This document shows positions 25,806 through 37,700 of a stretch of DNA of 64,000 nt, one piece after another; positions within the stretch are counted from its first letter, which is position 1; each line of letters begins with the position of its first letter. This DNA is from Lingula anatina (taxonomy: Eukaryota > Animalia > Brachiopoda). The DNA is taken from positions 56,460,788 through 56,524,787 of the forward strand of contig CM120640.1 of NCBI GenBank assembly GCA_051362555.1, written 5' to 3'. Below the pieces are notes generated by a model that saw only the letters and a program-made list of their open reading frames with translations, was not told the origin of the DNA and searched no databases. The position numbers and the translations under genes were made by a program.

Positions 25806-26400
25806 TAAATGGTGTAAGATGTAAGGACAGTGAATGCAAAGACTCATATATTGGGGGGAAAAGACAGCCATGAAGGGCAGAATGTACCAACACAGACGCC
25901 CTACCTCAGGTGATACATACGACAGTATTCACCCACCTGCAAAACTTCGGCCATACTTTTGCCACCGAGGACGACATGATTCTCGATAAAAATAGGACTG
26001 GTTCAGACAAGAATAACAGAGGCCATTCATAAGCGGGTTGAACAGCAGCCTCAACAAACCTGGTGGTCTAAGATACCAACTACCTCATCTGTGGGACCGG
26101 TGTAACAGGCATGGAAGTCCGGGCACCAATATGATTAGTACAGGTTAGGGTTAGTTAGAGTATTGGGGTTAGTATATGGGACCAATGTCACCTGTACAAA
26201 GTAATGGGGAGCAGACTACGGTTCCTAGCGGACTTCCATTCTTATCACACCAGGCCCTGGGAGACATCCGGCGAAGACCGTCACCACATGACACAGGTGA
26301 CGAAGGAGGCCTTGTGATAAGGTCGAAGCGTCGTGATCTCCGCTTCCAATAAGGTCCAGTTTAAGATTCAATTTTATCATTATGTTTATTCATTGTACTG
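25806..26400 (+). mobile_element. Penelope-like retroelement 3' remnant (GIY-YIG endonuclease fragment and 3' tail)
   Basis: Frame-shifted translation 'GVRCKDSECKDSYIG..RQP..RMYQHRRP...FTHLQNFGHTF..ED.MILDK..DWFR...LNKPGGLRYQLPHLWD' is typical of the Penelope GIY-YIG C-terminus. It is followed by a degenerate hammerhead-like core at 26297-26333. Confidence 0.7.
26101..26249. mobile_element. Small TIR element with internal telomere-like (GGTTAG) repeats inserted into the Penelope remnant
   Basis: tgtaacaggcatggaagtccg at 26101 pairs with cggacttccattcttatcaca ending at 26249. The interior contains ggttagggttagttag...ggggttag. Confidence 0.55.
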
Positions 26401-28345
26401 TCTTTATAGAGAGTCTTCGTAACAGTCGTGGGCTGTAAATTAGACTAATTTTGAATAATTATTATCATCTAGATTTTACTTTTATAATTTCATTTACCGT
26501 CATGCATGGGATACACACATTAATTTTCTGAACTTATAAAAAAGGACGATTCATCATTTAACTGGTGTGAAATTTGGACGAAATTCTGACAGATAAAAAA
26601 GGAGAAAATAAAGGTTCTCAATTTAGCTGGTTATTGACATTGCAAATACAGTATAAACCTTCAAATAAAATATGAGCACGTTTACAGATATGTAAATGTT
26701 CAATAACCTTGCAAATTGATTTTAATGAAGTCGTCTGCATATGCATACATTACCTTACTTAAGTTAAATCTTGTATTTCGCTAAAATCTCTATATTAAGT
26801 CGCCCCATTTCAACTATAAAACCGAGAGGAGAACAAACGAGTTTTTGGATTTTGGAAATAAAGCTGCTGTGTTGTGTTGATTTTTTTCTGATTATAACTG
26901 AAGTCGGGATCGTGAGCCAAATTTAGATCATCTTTACAGAGTAGAGCCCTCGAATAATTGATTACCGTGTCACGCCTTACAGCAAACAACCCAGTACAAT
27001 CTTAAGTGTTAGACACATTAATGTACGACTTCGTTTATCACTCTGAACATGAGTTATCCCCGCCTAACTCATGTTTCTTATAGGTCTATATGTAGTAGTT
27101 CTAAAATGAGCTATTCAGAAGGTGTGCATTAATCTGTGAGGGGACCGCATCTAAAAGGGAATACTGGTACATATATAATAATTCCATTTACAGAATTTCA
27201 ACTCGAAATATTTGGAAAATTAAGCAAAAAGTGGCCACGCTGCATTTAATCCTACGCTATCTAAAAATCGTACACGGTAAAAACAGTGTTGAGCTCCTAA
27301 ACATAATTCTAAGCGCCTGATTTGTCTCATTTCTTCAATGGGTTTAGCTCCTAAGCATGTTACACTCGTAAAACCTGAATATGTTTGGCAATATGACACG
27401 TTTCGGGGAGATGTGAAATTTATTGAATCAGGTCAATACATATCATTAATACAAGATAATAAATTTAGAAGGGAGAGTTCACTTCTTATATACCGCACTA
27501 CTGATGCGTCTCAGCGCAGTTTTATTTTTGGCCCTGATACAATCTGAGTGTTTACGCTACTGCATGCCGTACGAAGCGCTGAAAACTAGCAAACGAAAAT
27601 ATCTTTCTCTGCCAGACCAGGAACTTTATCCTTGCTTCTAACCTTAGTGCTGGATGTCAAGCACGGCAGGTATCGTTAATGATAATAAAAATGATAATTT
27701 TTATAAGCTCTAGCACATTTTTATAAAAGTTTATGACCAAACAAATACATAAGTAGCGTACAGAAATATGTAAAATTTAGTGTACATACTTGAATATAAA
27801 TGATAATATATAGAAGACTTTAAACAAAATAGAGCTGCATTACATTACAGACTGGCTTAACTATTAATATTAATGCCTAAATTATTACACATTTCTCTCA
27901 TTTAGAAGGTAATTATTTTGTTATTATTTTGCCATCTCGCTAGATGTTTTACACCCAACCCAATATAGAGGAGCATTTCACATGCTAAAGTGTCAAAAAA
28001 TAAAATTGAATGAATTGAAAGTTGTATTCAATTTTTTAAATCAAATATGTGTATAGAACAAAAATCCGCTACTGTCTCAATTTAAATTCAAATTTTAATT
28101 TTTACCATGTCTTTTACATTACGCAAAGCCCTAAATGGTAAAGTATGTTCCAAAAACGTGCGGTAACGTATGTTCCGAGTCATTTAATTTAAATTTTTTC
28201 CAACATATATTTTGTACTGGTTCAGTCATGGTAAATTAGACATGACGTAAGGATGCTTTTATAAACTGTAACTCAAGGTAACTAAGGGGCCTTGCATCAT
28301 GGCTAATACTAGGTAACGTATGTTCCCTAGAAAAATTATCAAAAT

Positions 28346-28754
28346 GACTACGAGGCCATAATTAACATTGATAGAAATATCTACAACGAATTGGACTTTC
28401 TGCCTAACTATTACGAGAATTTCATGACAGCACCTTATATGTCAGCTTACTTGAAAGAGTATAAGGGAGAAAAAGCTTCCTTTTTTGGGCACATGATAGG
28501 TTCGAATACAGCATCTGTGGTAACAGTTGCTAGGACCACGCTGTCGTTTAGGCATACTGGAGACATGGGTGGACTAGGAGATTACGCAGCGAGGATGGTA
28601 CGGCAAAGATGTTCTTTAATTCAAAGAATGCACTACACCCAGAAGATTGCAGTCTTAACTGCCTTAACTGTCCATATATTTATTTACATTGTACTAGTCT
28701 ACACATGTAAAGTCTACTGAACATTTTATATGGATTTCAGACTATGAATAACTG

Positions 28755-28800
<46 letters not shown>

Positions 28801-29234
28801 AAATAATATAATTATTATAGGCAGAGAGAAAACAGCGTGATAACGTATAAGTATTGGCGAGAAAACGTCTGTTATGCATTGAACAGAATATGTCAAACAG
28901 CATTTGTGATTTAAGAAAAGTGTCGTCCTATTCTGTCAATCGAGACAATGTTTTGTGAGCCGATCTATTTTTGACAACTCCTGACTTCGACATCAAAAAA
29001 ACTCTGCTCTGTTTCCTGATGGAATTGCTGTTTTTGGTTTGGTTTTTATGAAGTTGATCAAAGCAATTCTACAACCATAAAAGCAGAATGTAAAACTTTT
29101 TGCATCGTTTGGTAAGATCAGTTAAAAATCCTCCAATACTCCAAGCTTCCTCAGCGCTGTGACCACTTTTTGTTGTCCACGAGGTTTGTACACAAACATA
29201 GACTTGTTCGGAAAAGAAAACGAAATCAGCATCG
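28346..29234 (+). pseudogene. Tandem pseudogene copy of the NAT16/HISAT-like acetyltransferase
   Basis: Colinear with 30065-30816 ('LDFLPNYYENFMTAPYMSAYL...SFRHTG'). It has an ~165-nt AT-rich/(ATT)n interruption at ~28654-28820, stops, indels and a 3' truncation at 29234. Confidence 0.85.
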
Positions 29235-29927
29235 GTTTCTCAAATTTGTCTTTTACATAAGCACCAACGATCACCGTTTTAACACCATTTTAATGTCACA
29301 AGTTAGTACTACAAAATCCTCTCAGCGATTTTTCTTAAAAGTCTTAGTTCAGATTTTATCGTTTATAAAGCAAAATAATGCCTTTGTTCAATCAAAATCT
29401 GTATTAAGAGGCTCATAACTCCAAGACAAAAGCATTTAAACCAAAACGCTGGCACAGGATTTTAGCTCATACACTTGCGGTCCACTATGCTAATTTTCGT
29501 CGTAAAATCTTGTTCAGGGATGAGGTTACGTCTCATACCGGTTGCTAACCCACCTCAAAACAGAAAGGTTACGATTGACGGTTAAAGCTTTGAGACGCCT
29601 ATGCTTATACATTGCAACGAAAAAATATAAACGCCGATATTTTATATTTTCAGGGGTTTTTCATTGTTTTGAATCGACACAAGGAAAGATGCATTATTGA
29701 ATAGTTTGATGCAGGAAAAAACTCATTTTCATTATTTGGATGATGATAAAGGGTTACAATATCCTTAAGTGAGAAATGAACGACTGCGTTTATTAATCTG
29801 GACATGAGTTATGTAACCTTACAGCTATGTTTATAATATTATGGGTTAAAATGAGGTTTGTGTTAAAAGGTGCTAAAAGGAAAATTGTGCAAATACTACA
29901 TGAAGTGTGACGAGAAAGCAGCTAAAC

Positions 29928-31040
29928 ATGCAGAGCAAATACAATAACTTTATTTGCAGATCTTCAAATATAATAAGAAAGTCGCAGTTCTTGGGATATT
30001 CAGCACAGAGTGGCAATACTGCAAGAAACCGTGGCAGATTGGTGTTTCGAAGAGCAAACGGTTTAGACTACGAGGGCATTATTAACATTGACGGAAATAT
30101 CTACAATGGATTGGATTTTCTGCCTCACTATTACGAGCATTTCATGACATCACCTAACATGTCAGCTTACTTGGCAGAGCATGAAGGTGAAAAAGCTTCT
30201 TTTTTGGTGGCACACACGATCGATTCGAACACAACATCTGTGATAAGAGCTGGGAGGACCATGCCGTCGTTTAGGCATACAGGAGTTCAGGGTGAACTAA
30301 TAGATTACGCATTGAAGACGGAACGGAAAAGATGTCCTTTAATTCAAAGAATGCGCTACACCAAGATGATTGCAATTGGCAGAGAGAAATCAAGCCGTGA
30401 TTACGTATCGGAATTGGCGAGAAAACGTGTCTTATGCTTTGAACGGAATATTTCAAACAGCTCTTGTGATCGAAGAAAGGAGGTGTCGTTTTACGCAAAC
30501 AAGCGAATCAAGGGAAGCAATGCTTTATTAGCCAATCTATCCACAAGAGATCTTCAACAGTTGCTGACTTCGACATCCAGAAACTCTGCTCTGTTTCCTG
30601 ATGAAATTGCTGTTTTTGGTTGGGTGCCTTTTAAAGTTGATGAAAGAAATTCCGCAGACATAAAAGCAGAATGTGAAATTTTTGCATCGTTTGGTAAGAT
30701 CAGTCCAAAATCCGCCAATACTCCAAGCTTCCTCAGCGCTGTGACCACTTTTTGTTGTCCACGAGGTTTGTACACAAACATAGACTTGTTCGGAAAAGAA
30801 AACGAAATCAGCATCGCAAAGTACCACATTACAAGTCACGTTCAACGTGGGCTCAGTCATGCATATAAACTGGGGGCTAGTTATCTTTTTGTCGGGTTAG
30901 TTGCACCGATGGATTTCCCAGATGACAAACTCAAGGACATGGCCTATGAGTTGGGGTTGGAATCGAGTTATGTGGACAACGGAGCTTGCGATAATTACTT
31001 GTTGGCATTAAACGTGGAGCTTGCGGATATGTTGCAGTGA
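29928..31040 (+). CDS. Histidine N-acetyltransferase / NAT16-like GNAT family protein (~370 aa)
   Basis: 1.1-kb ORF with first ATG at 29928; an upstream exon via the acceptor at ~29959 cannot be excluded. 'VFRRANGLDYEGIINIDGNIYNGLDFLPHYYEHFM..PN.SAYLAEHEG...IDSNTTSVIRAGRTMPSFRHTGV' matches the NAT16/HISAT pattern 'FRLA..EDY..V..I...IY.GLDYLP..Y..W...P.R...' and motif A. C-terminal 'LFPD....GWVPF' and 'NIDLFG' match the HISAT C-domain. Confidence 0.8.
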   Translation: MQSKYNNFICRSSNIIRKSQFLGYSAQSGNTARNRGRLVFRRANGLDYEGIINIDGNIYNGLDFLPHYYEHFMTSPNMSAYLAEHEGEKASFLVAHTIDSNTTSVIRAGRTMPSFRHTGVQGELIDYALKTERKRCPLIQRMRYTKMIAIGREKSSRDYVSELARKRVLCFERNISNSSCDRRKEVSFYANKRIKGSNALLANLSTRDLQQLLTSTSRNSALFPDEIAVFGWVPFKVDERNSADIKAECEIFASFGKISPKSANTPSFLSAVTTFCCPRGLYTNIDLFGKENEISIAKYHITSHVQRGLSHAYKLGASYLFVGLVAPMDFPDDKLKDMAYELGLESSYVDNGACDNYLLALNVELADMLQ

Positions 31041-31097
31041 GTCCATTATGTCACTGCGAGCAGATCTGTTCAACAGTATGCAGAACCTTGGTACTTG

Positions 31098-33134
31098 CGG
31101 CTGTTTCACAATCAGGGTGAACAATTAAATGTGGTTAATGTTACAAGTGTCTGATAAATTAACAATTTATGATTGGAGATTGCTGATAGACTGATATCAA
31201 AGACACTGTTCATAGGAGCAAAATAAAAAAAGAATTATAATAATCGGACTACAATTTACAAAAATATGGCCAATTATGTGTCCAAAAAGTACCTATTTCT
31301 AGCTGTTACGATGGGTCATTTGCAACTTAGGTCATAAATATGATGCACTAGCTCTTTATGTCAATGATTTATGGTGAATATGATATTGGTATATAATTCC
31401 CACAACATATGTCTTCTCCTCTAGCAGGTTCTTCCAAAGATATCTTCTGAGTAAAAATTTATTTTAACCATTTTGCTGAAACAGGCTTTTGTACACATTT
31501 TACTTATTTTTGTTATTGCAATGAAAAACATATTTGATAAGGCCAAATATTACTTTGAAATCACCTACGTGATCATAAGAATTTACCATGTTATGACTTA
31601 AAAATAAGAAAGGAGTTGTGCATATGTAACCATTATTATTAATGCTACGGTATTTATAATCATGAGCCCCTTGGTGTCTACTACTTTTTGTAGTGTCCGT
31701 ACCCCCTATCTATTTTATTTAGGAATCACAGCATATTCTGTCTGATTTTATTATTCTATAATGTCTACACTGACACTTATTTTGCAGGAAAAAATAGCAC
31801 ATAACCCCTTATTATGAAAAGATATACACAAATTTGGTGCCAAATGTAGTGTCCGTACCCCTACTGTAGTGTCCGTACCCCCAAGTTATACATTAACCAT
31901 TGGATAACTGGCTACATATCAATGATGATAAAACTTCAAAATATGATGCAAAATATTGTTTTAGACTATATAAAATGCATTCTTGTCTTATGATGTTTAG
32001 AAAAAACATTGTATATAAATATATATTCGATAAAGTGATACTGATTAATTAGAGTCAGGCAAGAGATTTTGCAAAGAAATAATATCAGTAAAGATGCTAC
32101 TCTTTGCATTCAAAATGAACAATATTGGTTTGAATATATTGCCAAATATAGCTAATTGCAAAATAATAAATTGTTTATGGATTAATATTCTATAGATTAA
32201 TGTATATGATATATTTTGAGGGGGTACGAACACTTCAATACATGAATAATTAACAGTACATTTATTATTCTCTCAGTGAATGAAGTATCAAATATGGATG
32301 ACAATAAACAAAAAGCCAAACAGGAAAAGAAAAAGGGATCCTGAATATTTTACTGTCAGCAAAAAATAATTTTGAAAAAAAAAGACGTCAAAGAGCTAAT
32401 ATCCGTAAAGATGCTAATAATCTTGCTGAAGCACGTAAGGAAGACGTTGAATGCACGTAACATAGCATAGAAGCAAAAAAAAAAAAAAAAAGAAGAATCA
32501 TCCTAGGCTGGCCCAGCAAGAAAGACTAAAGTAAAGAGAAGAAATTAGGGCATACTGACAGAGAGTTAAGGAGAAGCAGAAACCCAACAATCCTGAAAAC
32601 AGTAGAACAAGAGGTGCAAATTAACGAGAGATGAAAAAGAAGAAAAGACTCCAAAAACAGGAATCAAGACTGAAACAAAAAATGAATAGATAAAAAAGGT
32701 CAAGCAACAGAAAGAAAAGTTAAAATGAATGAAAGTCACACTGAATGACACACAATCAAGCTCCAGCATCCACAGTTGTGTTTCTCTAAAAAACTCTTTG
32801 ATTAATACATGTACTTGTATCCTTTTGGTTAAAGTACTGCTGTTATATCTTTAGTTTGACATTTTTTAGACTTTTGGCAAAAATAACTGGTATTTCAGTA
32901 ACAAAAGCATCAGTTACTTGAATGTGTAGTGTCCGTACCCCAGATCATAGTCTAAGGGGCGTTCTGTTTATTTGAGCGTAGCACAAAAAGTAATTAATCT
33001 TGTGCTCTAAAAATTGTAGATATCATAGTTAAGATGTTATTCTTTTTATCTGTTACAAAATTAAACAAATGCATCAGAGTTCATTTTTCTCTCAATGTGA
33101 CCCCTATTTTGTACCCCTGATCGTGAAACTGCCG
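31098..33134. mobile_element. Non-autonomous DNA transposon with TIRs and internal repeated 17-mers
   Basis: The left TIR cggctgtttcacaatcaggg (31098) pairs with cccctgatcgtgaaactgccg (ends 33134). Both ends are flanked by 'ttg'. The motif tgtagtgtccgtacccc occurs at 31689, 31845, 31865 and 32925, and inverted at ~32221. A degraded K/R/E-rich coding remnant lies at ~32293-32760. Confidence 0.72.
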
Positions 33135-33361
33135 TTGGTACTACAACGTGCTCTCAGACAGATAGTGTCTGATATGTTTTTATTTTTCATACATTTGCAT
33201 AAAAATGGAAAATGTTACGTTTTTTATTTGACACCATAATTTAGAAAGAGCAGTCCAGTACTTATGTCTGTTCACTACTAACATGTATGTCTTCTCGTGT
33301 GTTGCTGCCGTAAAAACACAATGCAACATGTACTAAACTCCGTATTCGAAAACCATACACT

Positions 33362-33452
33362 GATCATCATCATCATCATTTAGAGCCTATAGTGTTCCAC
33401 TGTTGGACAAAGGCCTCAGCATGCTTTTTCCATTGTTTCCTATCCTGAGCCT
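33362..33452 (-). mobile_element. 3' end fragment of an RTE-type LINE/SINE
   Basis: A (CAT)n tail followed by 'ttccactgttggacaaaggcctc', resembling RTE-clade 3' termini (from recall of the family). Confidence 0.4.
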
Positions 33453-34730
33453 CAGATTGATAGGACAGTCAAAATATTCGACTATGATTATTAAACGTCG
33501 ATTCCAACAATAATTCAGCATTTTAAGGTGAGCTACACTTCATATTGCGTTATACCTTTATAATTCTTAGTTGTTATCGTAAGGAATTATTCATGCGCGA
33601 AATCTGCTCGGATCGCAAAAATAAAATGTTAATATGAGGGACCCTCTAGCTACATAAACAACTTTTTTTTGCAAATATGCCAGACGCCTCACAACTTAAA
33701 ACCACAACTGACGTCAGGGGGGACAACTTGCTCCGTGGTGGTTCACTTTATACTATTATGTGATTTTTTTTTATCTAGTAGTTACATTTTCATAAATTGA
33801 CCAAGGGCCAACTTATCCCGATGTAACGTGACAGAGAATCCCTTATGATAGAGAGTCCCATATCCATCCATTTGTTCAGGTAAGCCTCGCCCCAGGTTTT
33901 GGCCCACTTGCCCTGTAGGTCAGGCTAACCCTAACCAGGGAATTATATAGGACTAACCAGAGAATTATATCGTAGACGATATAATCCCCTGATCTCCCCT
34001 GCCTTAACCATTATAACTAAATATAGGGCGGACCTTCTGTAACACGATCCTTAAGTTTCGCTACAAATTGATTGCTTTTTTATTGCAATGCATCATTTTT
34101 GTTACTTTTGTGTCGTCAAGGGAAATGTTGCTGATTTTAAGGTTATTATATAAAGAGCTAGTTTTGATACGCTTGAAATGGTAGAAAATAATGCAGTATT
34201 TATTTCTAAAACGGAATACCAATAACAACATGAATATTTGCAGACCAGATCTTTATTCTGCGAAAAAAAAAAAAGAAAAACAGTTACCTTTGTGTTATAA
34301 ATAACATAATGGCTAAATGAGGTCCTTATCCTTTGTAAGGGGTCGACGGTTAGCCGTGGTAATATGGAATTAGTGAGTGGTAGTTTTAAAAATATTTACA
34401 TCTTTTAACTTTAATCCTTAAATTCTTCATGACCATATACACTACAATAACAAGAATACAATGAGTTTATTTAAAAGAATCCGTTGCATTATTTTTTTTC
34501 GATCAAGTCAAACAGTTAAACCCGTAGAGAAACTGATAATTCGTTTCCATCAAATGTTTAGTCTGTAGGTTTGTAGGCTTAAGAAATAGGGCCCTATTCC
34601 TTTTTTTTAAACAATTATTTTCAAGTTGGGTCTAAGTGTCAAGGTTTCATTTGAAAGTGAATACGCAAATCGTGCTAAAACACTGTATTTATAGACAATA
34701 TTCCCGGGTTGCAATATTCAGATGTTCATA

Positions 34731-37700
34731 TTATTCTTGGTACTCTCTCATGGGGTACTCTCTTTCCGGTTGAAGCGCTAGATGTGGGAAGGAATATGCT
34801 GGATTTGGTGTGCCTGAACTGTAACGAGAATCTGGTCTGCCTCCGCCAATCAGTGATCTGTCTTTGCTACTTCCGGAAGCGCAACATGCACAGCAGACGA
34901 CAAGCATAACTATCAAGGTGACGACTGTTAGAACGATGAGCCAAATGAGAAGAATCATTACCACGGTGTTAGTCAACAGTGGAGAGTTGTTTATTGCTGC
35001 GGCTAAAAGAAAATAACAATTATGAATAATAATTTAGGACGATGATATCAGTTCGTTCTAAAGTTCACGTTTCAGTTTCTTCGCAACAATAGGCCTGCTG
35101 CATAAATTACCGTATTACCATTTTCCACGCAGAGGAATATTGGCTGTTCACCAAGTATTATAAATAATACCTTACCAAGAATTATAAATAACATACGCAA
35201 CGTGTGAATAATTATGTACAGCATTCTACTACATGTATATAAAGACATACGAGACAGCAACATGTTTCATTGCCAAGGATATTCAACTATGATATGCAAA
35301 CTCAGTTTTATAAGAAACCAATAAATCTCAAATGCTGGTCCTTCCTACACAGAGTAATTAGCATTTTGATGGCATGACACAATATGAGCTTATTTGGTCT
35401 CGAAGTGAGCATTCTTCACACAACTTGTGTAAATTCAAATCAGTATACCTTAAAAGATCAAGCAGGAAGGTCGACTTAAGGCACTTACCCTGCTTCGCCG
35501 CGTCACCTGTCTGTGCGTCGGCATTCCTTTTGGCGTCGGAAGCGGCGTCAATGGCGGCTTGTACACCAGACAAACTGTTCACTTCCTTGAACAGTTGGTC
35601 TGCCTGGACAACTAATGTTTGCAAGTTGCTTGCGTCAACGTTAACGCAAATATGTGAACCTGGGGTGTCGATACATGAACTGGGTCCACAGTTGCCATTG
35701 TTTGTTGCACATTCATCTATATCTGGATAAAACGTTTAAGTATACATGTATAAGTAAAATTTCTAAATTAAAGAAAGAAAAAATAAAGAGGATTTACGAA
35801 TAAAAAGGGGCATATGTTCATCACGAGGCAAATGCTAATACATAATGAGCACGGTCCAAATTGTTAGCTGGATTTCTTTTTTTGTCAAAAATACATTTAT
35901 GACATAGGCCTACACAATATAGTTTTACAATCACGCATTAACTTTAAAGCATAACAATAAACAACGGATTTTTATTTAGTTGAATTATCACGTAATGTCG
36001 CCATACTTATGCACTTTCTGTTGTCTGCTGCAAGTGTGAAGCCCGACCTACAGGAACACACGTAGGACCCTATCTGGTTCTCACAGCTGTGTTGACAACG
36101 ACCGTTGTTCACAGAACACTCGTCTATGTCTGAAAAAAGTAGGGTAGGAATAAAGATATGATTATGGAAGACTTAAGTCATGTGGACCGTTTGACAGCTT
36201 TTATAAAAAGTGTCAGGAAGAAATTCCCGCTTGTGTCTTACTGACCACAACATTTTGAGTACTTTTACACACCGTACACAGATAATCGTTTGAGAAAAAA
36301 TATGAACAAGAGTAGAGGATTTTGAAAATCGACTCTAATCCCAGATATAAAATATTGAATAAATTCTTAACACCATCTAAACGTTGTGCCAAAACAGCAT
36401 TTTATTAAGTTTTTTAAATAATATATCTGGATGCCTACCATACTGGCACCTCTCTCCTTCATACCCCGGGGCGCACGTGCAGACGAAAGATTTGTAATCA
36501 TCACGGCAGCTCCCGCCATTTTGACAGGGATTGGACGAACACTGATCAACGAGATCTGTAATGCACAATTGGTCATTTTAGTATTCAGAACATCATCACT
36601 ATCAGACGTTGTACCGATATCCAAAATAGGTAAGTTTACGGCTTACAGGCACAGCGGACTTAATAATAGCCGAAAGAGCACATTAAGTTTTTCTTTAGAA
36701 TTTTAAAAGTGAAAATCAAGGTAAATAAATTTATATTATTTCACAGTAATAATAATAATAAGTTATAACAATAATTATTATCATTAGTTTATTAATACAT
36801 AGCAAACACAAGGTTGAAGTTGTACATAAACAGGATTAAAATAAAAATCACAAATTAAAACATTTACATAAGATAAAGGTATACCTCTAGCAATACCATC
36901 CCCACTTGGTCCCACAGGGCCTCGTGGTCCTGCTGGACCTTGGTCTCCTGGTTCTCCTTTAGCTCCTCGAGCTCCTTGGTCCCCTGTTGGTCCTTTGAGT
37001 CCCTCGGGTCCTTGTGCCCCTGTTATACCTTGGTTTCCTACAGCACCTGATGGTCCCTAGATGAACAGGTTACACACTGTGTTACATATGTTAGACTTTT
37101 AGTGATTTTTTTTCCTTTTTTCCCTTCTTTTTCTTTTTTCTAACTTTCATTCTTTCTTTTTCTTTTCTTTGTTGATACTTTAATACGATATTCATTTACA
37201 TATTTAAAGACAAGATAGATCGTCAAATATTTGAAAAGAAAGATTGTGGCCGGTAGCAAATCAAACGAAAATGTAAAAAAAAATATTTAGAAAAGTTAGA
37301 AGAAAACCAATGGATAATCAGCTTTTTACAAATCTTAACATATAACTTGCTGAGTGAAAAGAGAATCGACGACAGATAGTTTCATTGCACTTTTAGATGA
37401 TTCAGTTTACATAAACATCAAATATTAACCTGGCCACCGGTATCTCCTCTCTGGCCCTGTGAGCCCGTGGCACCTTGGGGTCCCACAGGTCCTTGAGCGC
37501 CAGACCCACCCTGAGCCCCAGTCACCCCTGTGGGCCCTGGGTCACCCTGTGGGCCTTTCAGCCCTGGGTTGCCTCGAACGCCTTTTGACCCTGGTGGCCC
37601 TGGTGCCCCTTGATCTCCTGTAGATCCAAATGGCCCTGTTGGCCCAACATCCCCTTGGTCTCCTTGTGCACCCTGAATAACGAAATTTAAAAACATAGTG

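Noticed and set aside
31689-32941. Repeated tgtagtgtccgtacccc as a CRISPR-like array
   Set aside because: The spacing is irregular (20 to >1000 bp), one copy is inverted, there are no cas genes, and the context is eukaryotic and inside a TIR element.
33822-34050. Segment with ctaaccctaacc as an interstitial telomere
   Set aside because: It has only about two units and is more likely part of a small dispersed repeat like the one at 26101-26249.
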